NCBI GenBank assembly: GCA_043799405.1 | Contig: JAZDNT010000003.1 | Span: 207,461 to 271,460 of the forward strand | Direction of reading: 5' to 3' | From: Candidatus Kerfeldbacteria bacterium | GTDB taxonomy: Bacteria > Patescibacteriota > Patescibacteriia > SBBC01 | Length of the DNA: 64,000 nt | In this document: positions 18,146 to 27,126 of the stretch, piece after piece | Layout of the letters: every line of letters begins with the position of its first letter | How positions within the stretch are numbered: position 1 is the stretch's first letter | Program-made: the position numbers and the translations under genes | The notes under the pieces: model-generated | Seen by the model: the letters and a program-made list of their open reading frames with translations, nothing else | Told to the model about the DNA's origin: nothing | Databases searched by the model: none

Positions 18146-18268
18146 CTACGCGCGATTGATCACCCAGAACATGAACGAGAACACGAACACGGCGCATGCG
18201 AGAAAGAAGATCATCCAGATAAACTGGAAGTGTGACTGCTTCTTTTTGAACGGCTCATTTAAAAGCAT
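18146..18268 (-). CDS. possible small membrane protein (40 aa)
   Basis: ATG 18268 with AGAGGA about 9 nt upstream. Translation MLLNEPFKKKQSHFQFIWMIFFLACAVFVFSFMFWVINRA has one TM helix. Too short for the ORF track. Confidence 0.3.
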   Translation of the reverse strand: MLLNEPFKKKQSHFQFIWMIFFLACAVFVFSFMFWVINRA

Positions 18269-18349
18269 ATTTGTATTATCCTCTTTTATGCTTCCTCCGA
18301 CCTTTCTAGACGGTTGGTATTATAGCACAAACCGTAAAAAGCATACAGG

Positions 18350-18925
18350 TCAAAAATCAATCCCCTTCACCGCGAGGATGCCCTTGTAGTACGGGTGCTT
18401 TACCATCTTCATCTCGGTCACGAGATCGCAGCGTGAAAGCAGCGCCGGATAGCGGTTGTGGCCGGTCATGAGTACGTGTACCCGTCTTCCACGCGCGCTC
18501 TTTTTACGGGCATCGAGGACGCTGATGAGCGCCGCAGGGGTCAGCAGTTTCTGCTCAAGGCACGAGATCGCCTCATCGAGTACGACGAGCTGGTATGCGC
18601 CAGTTAGGATCAGCCTCTTTGCTTCAGCAAGCGCGCGTATCGCAGCGCGACGGTGTATGGACCGCGGCTTCCTGTCTCCGAGAATACCAACGAATCCTTC
18701 GCCGCGCACCCGAACATCAACGCCGAGCCTGTGGAGCGCCAGCCGTTCGCCAGACGGCCACTTCAGGGATTTAAAAAACTGAAAGTACAGCACTTTCCAG
18801 CCGTATCCTGCTGCCCTTACCGCAGCGCCAATAGCCGCGGACGTCTTACCCTTGCCATTACCAATATACGCGATGGTAAGGCCACGGTTCATCGGATGTA
18901 ATGTTGCCCCAACTCGTTTAGCCAT
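18350..18925 (-). CDS. cobA: ATP:cob(I)alamin adenosyltransferase (CobA/BtuR type)
   Basis: P-loop IAYIGNGKGKTSAAIG, VLDE, and C-terminal HPYYKGILAVKGIDF are typical of the CobA/CobO/BtuR family. Confidence 0.8.
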   Translation of the reverse strand: MAKRVGATLHPMNRGLTIAYIGNGKGKTSAAIGAAVRAAGYGWKVLYFQFFKSLKWPSGERLALHRLGVDVRVRGEGFVGILGDRKPRSIHRRAAIRALAEAKRLILTGAYQLVVLDEAISCLEQKLLTPAALISVLDARKKSARGRRVHVLMTGHNRYPALLSRCDLVTEMKMVKHPYYKGILAVKGIDF

Positions 18926-19009
18926 ACCCTTACTTTTTTCGAAGAGTTACCATCGCCAACACTAGCCCGACCCCGCGCCGAGGGAACGTACGCATCCTCG
19001 CCAAATCAG

Positions 19010-19381
19010 TTACTGCTTTATGATCTTCGACAGGTTATACACGACGGGGATCCGATACTCTTTGCCTTGCCACGCCATGATGAACCCGACGACCATTCCA
19101 ACGCCTGCGAGCATCCATATAATCCAGCCAATAGTCCATCCGATAAACGGAATGAAATAAATCAGGCTGAATAAGAACAACACGACGCTCTGACGTGCAT
19201 GGAACTTGATGAATGTGTCCTGCTTCACGAAGAGCAGGATTAAGCCGATGATCCAAATATAACTGACCGCAGCCAGAATATTACGATCTGACGCTGTCGG
19301 GATTTGTCCCGCCTCTTTTTGAGGCGCGGGCTGCGCTGGTGATTGCTCGGGATTTTCAGGCATACATTGTTCTCCTTTCAT
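19010..19381 (-). CDS. DUF4870-like small membrane protein
   Basis: ILAAVSYIWIIGLILLFV...FIKFHARQSVVLFLFSLI pattern with 3-4 TM segments. Confidence 0.6.
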   Translation of the reverse strand: MKGEQCMPENPEQSPAQPAPQKEAGQIPTASDRNILAAVSYIWIIGLILLFVKQDTFIKFHARQSVVLFLFSLIYFIPFIGWTIGWIIWMLAGVGMVVGFIMAWQGKEYRIPVVYNLSKIIKQ

Positions 19382-19421
19382 TTATAGTATTATTCGGCAA
19401 TATCCGCGAAACGAACGGCTA

Positions 19422-21845
19422 TCATCCGCACTTGCTGAATCCGCACGCGTGGCACTTCATACACCCCTCTGCCATGTCGAGCATGGTGCCACAATCAGGA
19501 CATGCTGGCGCATAGCCAACGTTCGCAATCGACTGTTTTTTCTTCACGCCATTTCCGTTCCCATTGCCGTTCGATACCTTTTGCACGGGATCGTTCAGGC
19601 TGAGATTCAGCTGCTGCTGGTCGCGCGTAATGTGCTTCTCGAGAATCTTCGCGATCGCGTCAGGGAGCGAAAGGATCTGTCCGCCATCGTGCCAGCTGAC
19701 GTCAGGTCCGCGGATTCCCTTGATCTGATCAATGACTTCCTCAGGCGATACACCAGTACGAAGTGCGAGGGAGACAAGCCGGCAAATTGATTCGGATTGA
19801 GCCGCAAAGAATCCGCCGTTCTTTCCGATCGTCGCAAAGACCTCAAAGGGTCGATTCTGCTCATCGTCGTTGATCGTAATGTAGAGCGATCCGTAGGGCG
19901 TGTTGACCTTGTACGTCGTCCCCTTCAGTACCTCCGGCCTGCTTCGCGGAAGAAGCTCGGCTCCCGGCGGAGCAATGGTTTCCTGCTTCACGCCTTTTCC
20001 GTTGAGCGAGGTCTTCCCTGTCGTGAGAACCTGCTCATCACGGCAGCCATCGCGGAAGATCGTGATCCCCTTGCAGCCGAGCTCGTACGCGAGCTCGTAC
20101 ACCTTCCGTACCTCTTCTTCGGTCGCGTCGTGCCGGAAGTTCACAGTCTTCGAAATGGCGTTATCGACGAACTCCTGGAACGTTGCCTGCATGTGAACGT
20201 GATCCTCAGGGCTGCAGTCTGATGCGGTTACGAAAACCTTCTTCCACCGTTCAGGTATGCCGTCGACTTTATTAAGCGATCCCTCGTAAGCGATCTTCTC
20301 CATGAGCTCCTTCGAGTACCACCCTTCGCGCTTTGCGATCTCCTCGAATGCGGGATGGGCATAAACGAGCGACGTTCCGTCCATGACCGTCTTCGTGTAT
20401 ACGACGGCGAACAACGGCTCGAGGCCTGAGCTGCAGTCCGCGATCATTGATATGGTGCCGGTCGGCGCGATCGTCGTGCGTGCGACGTTCCGCATCGGGA
20501 TCCTCTTTGCTTCAAACTCCGATCCGGAATAGTTCGGGAAGTTCCCGCGCGACTTCCCGAGCTCGGACGATACGGCGTACGTTTCGTCCTGGATGAACTT
20601 CATAACCTTTCTTCCCATCTCGAGCCCTGCTTTCGAATTGTACGGTATCTCAAGGTCGATGAGCATGTCGGCGAAACCCATGACGCCAAGCCCGATCCTT
20701 CGGTTCGACAGGGTCTTCTCGGTGATCTGCGGGATCGGGTACCGATTCATGTCGATGACGTTATCGAGGAAGTGCACGGTCTGGGCTACGACCCTCTTTA
20801 AACGCGGCCAGTCGACGGACGATCGTCCCGCCTTCGTCTTTTTTACGAACTTCTTGAGGTTTATCGATCCTAAATTGCATGAATCGTATCCGGCGAGCCA
20901 CTGTTCTCCGCACGGATTGGTGGCTTCGAGCGTCTCGATGTGGCGGGCCGGATTCGAAGCGTTTGCCCGATCGATGAACAGTACGCCCGGATCGCCCGTG
21001 AGCCATGCGTTGTGGGTGAGTAGTTTCCAGATCTCAGCAGCATCCTGCTGACGGATCACCTCATTAGTGTGCGGATCGATGATCTCGTACGAGCCCTTCC
21101 TCTTCAGCGCTTCCATGAACTTTTCGGTCACTGCAACGGAGATGTTGAAGTTCTTCATCTCTGAAAGGCCTTCTTTGAGCCTGATGAACTCGAGAATATC
21201 GGGGTGGTCGACACGGAGGATGCCCATGTTCGCACCGCGCCGGGTGCCTCCCTGTTTAACGATTTCCGTTGCGAGGTTGAAGATGCGCATGAACGAAACG
21301 GGGCCGGACGCAACGCCGTGTGTCGTCTTTACGAGGCTTCCCTTCGGACGGAGACGAGAGAACGAAAAACCAGTGCCGCCGCCGGACTGGTGAATGATCG
21401 CCTGGTGCTTGATCGTATCAAAAATCCCCTCGATCGAATCCTCGACCGGGAGCACGAAACACGCGGAGAGCTGCTGGAAGTCCCTGCCGGCGTTCATGAG
21501 ACAGGGTGAGTTCGGGAGGAAGTCACGCGTCACCATCAAATTGAAGAATAAATCTTCGGTCTTCGCAACCTTCGCCGGCGTCGCTCCGTATCGCGCGTCT
21601 GCCTGAGCAATGTTGTTCGCAACGCGACGGAACATGTCGATCGGTTTCTCTGCAGGTTTTCCGTCCTTCTTTTTTAGGTACCGTTTCTCGAGAACCTTAA
21701 GCGCATTCTCGCTCATATCCGAAAGCAGCGCCTCGTCTTCCGGCCTACGTCCGTCGACCAACGCCTCGGTGATGATTTTCCTGAGCTTCGTCTGATCAAT
21801 CGATTGCGTCTCGGCGAGCTTACGTGGCGTTGGTGACCCGTTCAT
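19422..21845 (-). CDS. nrdJ: adenosylcobalamin-dependent ribonucleoside reductase (class II), with C-terminal Zn-ribbon
   Basis: 807 aa with NPCGEQWL, TIAPTGT and LSACFVL motifs. The C-terminus is CPDCGTMLDMAEGCMKCHACGFSKCG. Confidence 0.9.
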   Translation of the reverse strand: MNGSPTPRKLAETQSIDQTKLRKIITEALVDGRRPEDEALLSDMSENALKVLEKRYLKKKDGKPAEKPIDMFRRVANNIAQADARYGATPAKVAKTEDLFFNLMVTRDFLPNSPCLMNAGRDFQQLSACFVLPVEDSIEGIFDTIKHQAIIHQSGGGTGFSFSRLRPKGSLVKTTHGVASGPVSFMRIFNLATEIVKQGGTRRGANMGILRVDHPDILEFIRLKEGLSEMKNFNISVAVTEKFMEALKRKGSYEIIDPHTNEVIRQQDAAEIWKLLTHNAWLTGDPGVLFIDRANASNPARHIETLEATNPCGEQWLAGYDSCNLGSINLKKFVKKTKAGRSSVDWPRLKRVVAQTVHFLDNVIDMNRYPIPQITEKTLSNRRIGLGVMGFADMLIDLEIPYNSKAGLEMGRKVMKFIQDETYAVSSELGKSRGNFPNYSGSEFEAKRIPMRNVARTTIAPTGTISMIADCSSGLEPLFAVVYTKTVMDGTSLVYAHPAFEEIAKREGWYSKELMEKIAYEGSLNKVDGIPERWKKVFVTASDCSPEDHVHMQATFQEFVDNAISKTVNFRHDATEEEVRKVYELAYELGCKGITIFRDGCRDEQVLTTGKTSLNGKGVKQETIAPPGAELLPRSRPEVLKGTTYKVNTPYGSLYITINDDEQNRPFEVFATIGKNGGFFAAQSESICRLVSLALRTGVSPEEVIDQIKGIRGPDVSWHDGGQILSLPDAIAKILEKHITRDQQQLNLSLNDPVQKVSNGNGNGNGVKKKQSIANVGYAPACPDCGTMLDMAEGCMKCHACGFSKCG

Positions 21846-21861
21846 AGGGATCGTACTGTGA

Positions 21862-22347
21862 TTAGGTGTTCTTGCGCGGATTGTTCGTTCGGCGCCGACC
21901 GCGCTGGAAGAGCTTGAGCTCCTGCCAGAAACTCTCGGCGTCCGTGAAAGACCGGTAGACTGACGCGAAACGGATGTATGCGACCGGATCAGCCCTCTTC
22001 AACCGCTTCATGACGATCTCACCGACCTGCTTCGAGGTGATCTCGTTCCTGCCTTTTAGCTGAATGTCGCGTTCGATGATGTTAACAAGGCGCCTGAAGC
22101 TCTCGTGGGTTATCGGGCGCTTCTCAAACGCCCGCTTCAGCCCGCGCTCGAGCTTTTCGCGAGAATATGGCTCGTGCCGTCCGTCCCGTTTCACCACAGT
22201 GAGGTTGAGGATCTCAACCTCTTCATATGTAGAGAACCTGAATCCGCACTCCACACACTCACGGCGACGGCGTACTGCCACCCCCTCGTTAACTAATCGA
22301 GAATCCGTTACTTTTGTGTCAATGTTATGGCACGCTGGACAACGCAT
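21862..22347 (-). CDS. nrdR: transcriptional repressor NrdR
   Basis: MRCPACHNIDTKVTDSR...CVECGFRFSTYE zinc ribbon plus an ATP-cone. Confidence 0.95.
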   Translation of the reverse strand: MRCPACHNIDTKVTDSRLVNEGVAVRRRRECVECGFRFSTYEEVEILNLTVVKRDGRHEPYSREKLERGLKRAFEKRPITHESFRRLVNIIERDIQLKGRNEITSKQVGEIVMKRLKRADPVAYIRFASVYRSFTDAESFWQELKLFQRGRRRTNNPRKNT

Positions 22348-22427
22348 GGTAAAAACCCCTGAAAATCGTCGCTTCGCCTTAAAAAATCGACCCGGGCTAC
22401 CTCTCCTACTCCGCCAGACCCGTCAAA

Positions 22428-22478
22428 CCATCAATATCTTGTGCCTCTAAAGGTCATTATACTACTAAATCTAGTAGT
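22428..22478 (-). promoter_or_regulatory. two candidate NrdR boxes
   Basis: Box 1 is the palindrome ACTACTAGATTTAGTAGT (22478-22461), which fills the -35/-10 spacer. Box 2 is CACAAGATATTGATGG (22443-22428), just downstream of the predicted TSS. The centres are about 33 nt apart. Both resemble the acaCwAtATaTwGtgt consensus. Confidence 0.5.
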
Positions 22479-22484
22479 GGTCAA
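22456..22484 (-). promoter_or_regulatory. sigma70-type promoter of nrdR-nrdJ
   Basis: Minus strand reads TTGACC (22484-22479), a 17-nt spacer, then TATAAT (22461-22456). It lies about 100 nt upstream of the nrdR ATG. Confidence 0.65.
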
Positions 22485-22620
22485 TATCCCGCATCGACGA
22501 TGAATGCAGGTAAATCGTTAGCAAATCACTCAGGTGTCGCTCTTCTGGTGGATCCGTTGCTTCTGTATCAGCGTTCGAATTGTGGATATCTTACCTGTGA
22601 AAGACTTTTTCGCAAAACGA

Positions 22621-23787
22621 TCACATCATTTTCTTCCGAATGAAGGTGGGGATCTCGAGATCCTCTTCTTCCTTGGTCTTTTCTGACTCTTTTAGTGGCG
22701 TTGTGCGTATTTGAGACTGTAGTTGCGGTGTGCGGGTGGGCGTTGTGACCGTCGGAGCGGGCGCTGGAGTGTATCCGATTGTATCAGGTTGGCCGAAAAC
22801 CGAGGTTTTCGGACGTACTACCCTGGCCTCGCCCTTTCCAAACCCAGTTGCGATAACGGTTATCTTAATATCGTCCTTTAAATCTTCGTCAACGACTGCA
22901 CCGAATATAATCTTAGCGTTCGGATCGGCTGAGCCGGTTATGACCCGCGCAGCCTCGTTCACCTCGTGCATGCCGAGGCTCGGTCCGCCCGTGACAGTAA
23001 AGAGTATGCCCTTTGCGCCATCAATGGACAGCTCAAGGAGCGGAGAATCTACGGCCGCCTTTGCCGCCTCAACCGCGCGATTCTCTCCGCTCGATTGTCC
23101 GATGCCCATAAGCGCTGATCCCTGGTTCTCCATGATCGCCTTCACATCAGCGAAGTCGACATTGATGAGCCCCGGAACCGTGATGAGTTCCGCGATGCCC
23201 TGAACGCCTTGTCGGAGGACATCATCAACAGTGTCGAACGCATCAAGGAGCGACGTCTTCTTGTCGATGATCTGCAGGAGACGATCGTTCGGTATGGTAA
23301 TTAGTGTATCAACCTTATCACGGAGTTCAATCAGTCCCTGATCAGCGATCGCCTTTCGCTGTGCTCCCTCGAAGCTGAATGGCTTTGTTACGACCGCGAC
23401 CGTAAGGGCACCGACGTCCTTTGCGATCTCCGCGACGATCGGCGATGCCCCCGTTCCCGTTCCACCACCGAGACCGCAGGTGATGAAGGCCATGTCGCTT
23501 CCCTTCAACATATCGTGTATCTCGTCGGCGTTTTCCTCGGCGGCCTTCTTGCCAAGTTCTGCATCCATGCCTGCCCCGAGTCCTCGGGTTGTCGTCTTCC
23601 CGATGTTAATCTTGTGCGGCGCTGCGCTATGGTGCAACGCTTGTGCGTCAGTGTTGATCGCGACAAATTCGATGCCGCGGATCTTCGACCGCATCATCCG
23701 ATTGATTGCTGATCCTCCGGAACCGCCAACACCGATGACTTTTATTTTTGCGAATGTCTCAATTTCTGGTTTGACTTCTGTTGGCAT
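22621..23787 (-). CDS. ftsZ: cell division protein FtsZ
   Basis: IKVIGVGGSGGSAINRM and GLGGGTGTGASP tubulin signature. Start placed at ATG 23787 (MPTEVKPEIETFAKIKV); the ORF opens at 23862. Confidence 0.95.
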   Translation of the reverse strand: MPTEVKPEIETFAKIKVIGVGGSGGSAINRMMRSKIRGIEFVAINTDAQALHHSAAPHKINIGKTTTRGLGAGMDAELGKKAAEENADEIHDMLKGSDMAFITCGLGGGTGTGASPIVAEIAKDVGALTVAVVTKPFSFEGAQRKAIADQGLIELRDKVDTLITIPNDRLLQIIDKKTSLLDAFDTVDDVLRQGVQGIAELITVPGLINVDFADVKAIMENQGSALMGIGQSSGENRAVEAAKAAVDSPLLELSIDGAKGILFTVTGGPSLGMHEVNEAARVITGSADPNAKIIFGAVVDEDLKDDIKITVIATGFGKGEARVVRPKTSVFGQPDTIGYTPAPAPTVTTPTRTPQLQSQIRTTPLKESEKTKEEEDLEIPTFIRKKMM

Positions 23788-23989
23788 GGGGAGTTGTCTT
23801 AACGAATTCGCTTGAGGCGTTGCTGTGGATAGCCACAGCACCCTTACATTGTAAGTGTTCAATGGAATGGTGTCAAAACACGGTCAACTCTGCACTGCCG
23901 TGCAACGGACAAAAGAAAAAAACGGCTTACCTGCGCCTTTTTCTGATACCACGAACACAAATACTGCTCAACGATCCGAAATGGGATTA

Positions 23990-25069
23990 CTACAGGAACT
24001 TAAAAGAGTTCAGAACGGTCTCGAACGTTTTTTCTTCTACCGGGTCTCCGGAGAAGGAAAACGTAATCCCGACGAACCTCGTTCCTTTACTAAAAGACAC
24101 GAACAGGAGTCGCTGCGCGGATGTTTCGTTCGCTATCGGAACGTACCGTTCCTCGTTCACCGATGCGCCGTTGACCTTGATGAGTTTTTTGGTCAGCTTC
24201 TTATACAATGAGACGCCACCTTTCGTCGATTCGACGTCGTTTCCATAACGGACCTCGAGCCGCGCACCGCCGATGAGCATTACGCTGAGCGTCGCCTGAG
24301 GCGTTGCTTCGTACGCAGTGCTCGACGAAGGATAGTCGATTGAGAACCCGCCCTGCTCAACCGTTGCCGTTTTCCATGGTGAAACGGGTTGTTGCTTCTG
24401 GGCTACTGGAAGGCTGAGTGCGATGTTCTTAAGAACGGCTTCGGTTATTTGGTCAGCACTAGCAACTATAGCGCGCGCCGTTGGGGGAACATCACGATAG
24501 ATATCAACTGCAATCTTTTTCTTCACCACCGTGTTCGTATTCGATTGCATCGAGTACACGATCGCCCCTGTCATCGTCGTTGAAACGTTGTAGAGGAGCG
24601 CTGAAACCGTCTTGCCGTTAAGCACGACGCCGCGATCCGAGACTGATGTCACTCCCGCCTCTTTCAGTTGCTGCCCGTACGCATCATTGAACGATGCGAC
24701 GGCATCGAGGGATGACCATGCCCCGCTGATCCGGAAAGTATATGATGGATTCGTTGCTGAATCGCATGTATCATTCCGTACGGAAATACCCGCAAGAATC
24801 CCTTCGCTGTCATAATAATCGCACACGGACATTCCGGGGGGATACGATACGATAAAAGCAAACAGAGAGCTCGCATACTTCGGCCATGCATCAACGACCA
24901 ACTCCGTTTTTATAGGAGGAGCCGCATTACTATTGTCGTTCGTCCTGCAACAAACCAGCTGTTTGTTGTACCATAAAATCGCACCAGCCACAGCAATAAC
25001 AAGCACTGCAACGAGACCCGTGATGACCGCGGTCTTCGAGCGTAGGGCCGGCTTCCTACCGTTGCTCAT
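23990..25069 (-). CDS. signal-anchored exoprotein encoded between ftsA and ftsZ (359 aa, two Y.(V/I).YP-type domains)
   Basis: TM helix AVITGLVAVLVIAVAGAILWY. Domains WPKYASSLFAFIVSYPPGMSV and PWKTATVEQGGFSIDYPSSS. Ends VLNSFKFL. Its ATG overlaps the ftsA stop (ATGA at 25066-25069). Confidence 0.7.
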   Translation of the reverse strand: MSNGRKPALRSKTAVITGLVAVLVIAVAGAILWYNKQLVCCRTNDNSNAAPPIKTELVVDAWPKYASSLFAFIVSYPPGMSVCDYYDSEGILAGISVRNDTCDSATNPSYTFRISGAWSSLDAVASFNDAYGQQLKEAGVTSVSDRGVVLNGKTVSALLYNVSTTMTGAIVYSMQSNTNTVVKKKIAVDIYRDVPPTARAIVASADQITEAVLKNIALSLPVAQKQQPVSPWKTATVEQGGFSIDYPSSSTAYEATPQATLSVMLIGGARLEVRYGNDVESTKGGVSLYKKLTKKLIKVNGASVNEERYVPIANETSAQRLLFVSFSKGTRFVGITFSFSGDPVEEKTFETVLNSFKFL

Positions 25070-26310
25070 CGTATGAAGTTTCTAAACACCCCTTTAATAC
25101 GATCGGTTACGGCCCGAACCGAAGAGAGATCGGGCACTTTCCCGAAGATCCCGGAACGATCCTCCACGCTTGCTCCCCACGCGGCCAATCCGAGCGCAGT
25201 TGTGAACGAAGGGTTGTTCACCTTGTCAATCGCTGTAACGATGTTCTGCGGAACACCGATAGAGGCAGGCAAACGGAAGACACGCTTCGCGACATCGAGT
25301 ATTCCCTGAAGGTGTGCGCCACCTCCCGTCAGCACAACCCCTGCCGGCAGCATACCGGAACGATCGATGGATTGAAGTTCTTTATCAACTATCTTGAAGA
25401 TCTCCTCGAGCCGGGCTTCGACGATGTCTGCTATCTGTTTTCTCGACACGACGGTCTGATCTCCGCCCTCGAATTCAGCGAGGTTCACCTCTTCTCGTTT
25501 ACCAACGGCATCAGCGAGCGCTGTCCCCGCATGTATCTTAATCTGTTCAGCAAGATCGATCGAGGTTCGAAGACCAATCGCAATATCGTTCGTAATGTGG
25601 CCTGCGCCGACCGGGAGCACCTTGACGTGGAGTACGTCTCCTTCCTCGAACACGACGACGCTCGTCGTCGCACCGCCGATATTAACGAGAGCGACGCCCA
25701 GCTCCTTCTGTCGCTTCGAAAGCGCCGATTCTGCAGCTGCCATTGCGCCGAGGACGATATCGTCGATGGAGAGCCCTGTCCGGAATACGGTCTTCTCGAT
25801 CGCCTTGATCTGGCCGGCAAGCCCCTGGATGATCTGCGTATCAACTTCAAGCCGCATCCCCGTCATGCCGACCGAATCCTTGATGCCGCGCTGGTTATCA
25901 ACGGCGAACGTGCGGGGAATTACGTGCAGTATCTGGTAGTTCGGCGGCGTGGCAACGGTCTGGGCGGCTTCGACGACGCGTTCGATGTCATCCTCTTTGA
26001 TCTCGCCATCAGCACGTGAAACCGCTACGACCCCATGACTCTCAAGTGAGGTTATATGCGTGCCGCCGATACCAACGAAGGCATGGTGCGTCGGAATGCC
26101 CGTCATGCGCTCAACGATCTCGAGGGTCTGCGAGATGACGCTTACCGCGTCCTCAATGCTCGTCACGGAGCCTTTTGAAATGCCGTGAGCCTCATGTTCA
26201 GCGGCGCCCACGATGTGCAGCGTTGGGGAATTTGGCTGAACCTGAGCTACGGCGACGCGGATGTTAGCGGAACCTATATCGAGACCGGTTATGAATGATT
26301 CTTTTGGCAT
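25066..26310 (-). CDS. ftsA: cell division protein FtsA
   Basis: Actin-fold motifs GLDIGSANIRV, VNIGGATT and VVLTGGGA. Length 414 aa. Confidence 0.9.
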   Translation of the reverse strand: MPKESFITGLDIGSANIRVAVAQVQPNSPTLHIVGAAEHEAHGISKGSVTSIEDAVSVISQTLEIVERMTGIPTHHAFVGIGGTHITSLESHGVVAVSRADGEIKEDDIERVVEAAQTVATPPNYQILHVIPRTFAVDNQRGIKDSVGMTGMRLEVDTQIIQGLAGQIKAIEKTVFRTGLSIDDIVLGAMAAAESALSKRQKELGVALVNIGGATTSVVVFEEGDVLHVKVLPVGAGHITNDIAIGLRTSIDLAEQIKIHAGTALADAVGKREEVNLAEFEGGDQTVVSRKQIADIVEARLEEIFKIVDKELQSIDRSGMLPAGVVLTGGGAHLQGILDVAKRVFRLPASIGVPQNIVTAIDKVNNPSFTTALGLAAWGASVEDRSGIFGKVPDLSSVRAVTDRIKGVFRNFIR

Positions 26311-26313
26311 ACG

Positions 26314-26670
26314 CTAGAATAATCGAGTAATGAGTAAGGGGATAAAGATGAGTGAGCCTACGATCAATGCGGAAAGTGATGCGACGAGTACGGCTGCTGC
26401 CATGAGGTCTTTGATGATTGCGGCGTACTCATGGACGCGTGGTTGGAACATATCGACAACCTTTTCAAATACCGTATTGACGATTTCGAGAGCGAGGACC
26501 GATGCAATTGCTGTGATGATGAAGAGCCACTGAATCGGACTCACCTGGAGCGTGATCGCGAGCGTGATAACGATGAGCGCGATGACGATGTGGATTCTGA
26601 AATTGCGTTCGTGCTCGAACGTGTAGCGGATCCCCCGCAGAGCGTGACGAATGCTCCTAATAAATATCAT
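26314..26670 (-). CDS. dgkA: diacylglycerol/undecaprenol kinase family protein
   Basis: 118 aa with 3 TM segments and FRIH....EIVNT.FE..VD motifs. Confidence 0.8.
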   Translation of the reverse strand: MIFIRSIRHALRGIRYTFEHERNFRIHIVIALIVITLAITLQVSPIQWLFIITAIASVLALEIVNTVFEKVVDMFQPRVHEYAAIIKDLMAAAVLVASLSALIVGSLIFIPLLITRLF

Positions 26671-27107
26671 GGTGTATGTATGGATCGTTGAATCAGGGAA
26701 TGGCCGCCGAGCAGGAGTCGTTCGGCGCGCTTCATCCGCTCACGATGTTTCGGCCTGCCGTGCGAGTACCCCACGAGGTGCAAGATCCCGTGCGCAAGGA
26801 GCGCTCGTACCTCGGCTTCAATCGTATGTCCGTACTCACGTGCCTGACGTCGTGCTTGCGGGAGCGACATCACAATCTCACCGAGGTCCCCCCTTCGTTC
26901 TCCGGGGAACGACAGGACGTCCGTCGTACCGGGAGAGTGATGGTAGCGACGATTAATGGCACGCATCTCGGAATCCCCGACGAACGCAACTGAAAGGGCC
27001 GTTGTAACGCCTTTGTAACCGAGCGACCGGAGCATCTGGTGCGCCCAGCGCTTCACAGTCCCTTCCGGGAACGGCAGAGCAACGTGCGCCGTGATATCAC
27101 ACGGCAT
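26667..27107 (-). CDS. ybeY: rRNA maturation endoribonuclease YbeY
   Basis: HGILHLVGYSH metal-binding motif. Length 146 aa. Has a 4-nt overlap with dgkA. Confidence 0.9.
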   Translation of the reverse strand: MPCDITAHVALPFPEGTVKRWAHQMLRSLGYKGVTTALSVAFVGDSEMRAINRRYHHSPGTTDVLSFPGERRGDLGEIVMSLPQARRQAREYGHTIEAEVRALLAHGILHLVGYSHGRPKHRERMKRAERLLLGGHSLIQRSIHTP

Positions 27108-27126
27108 AACTCTAATGGGAACGATC

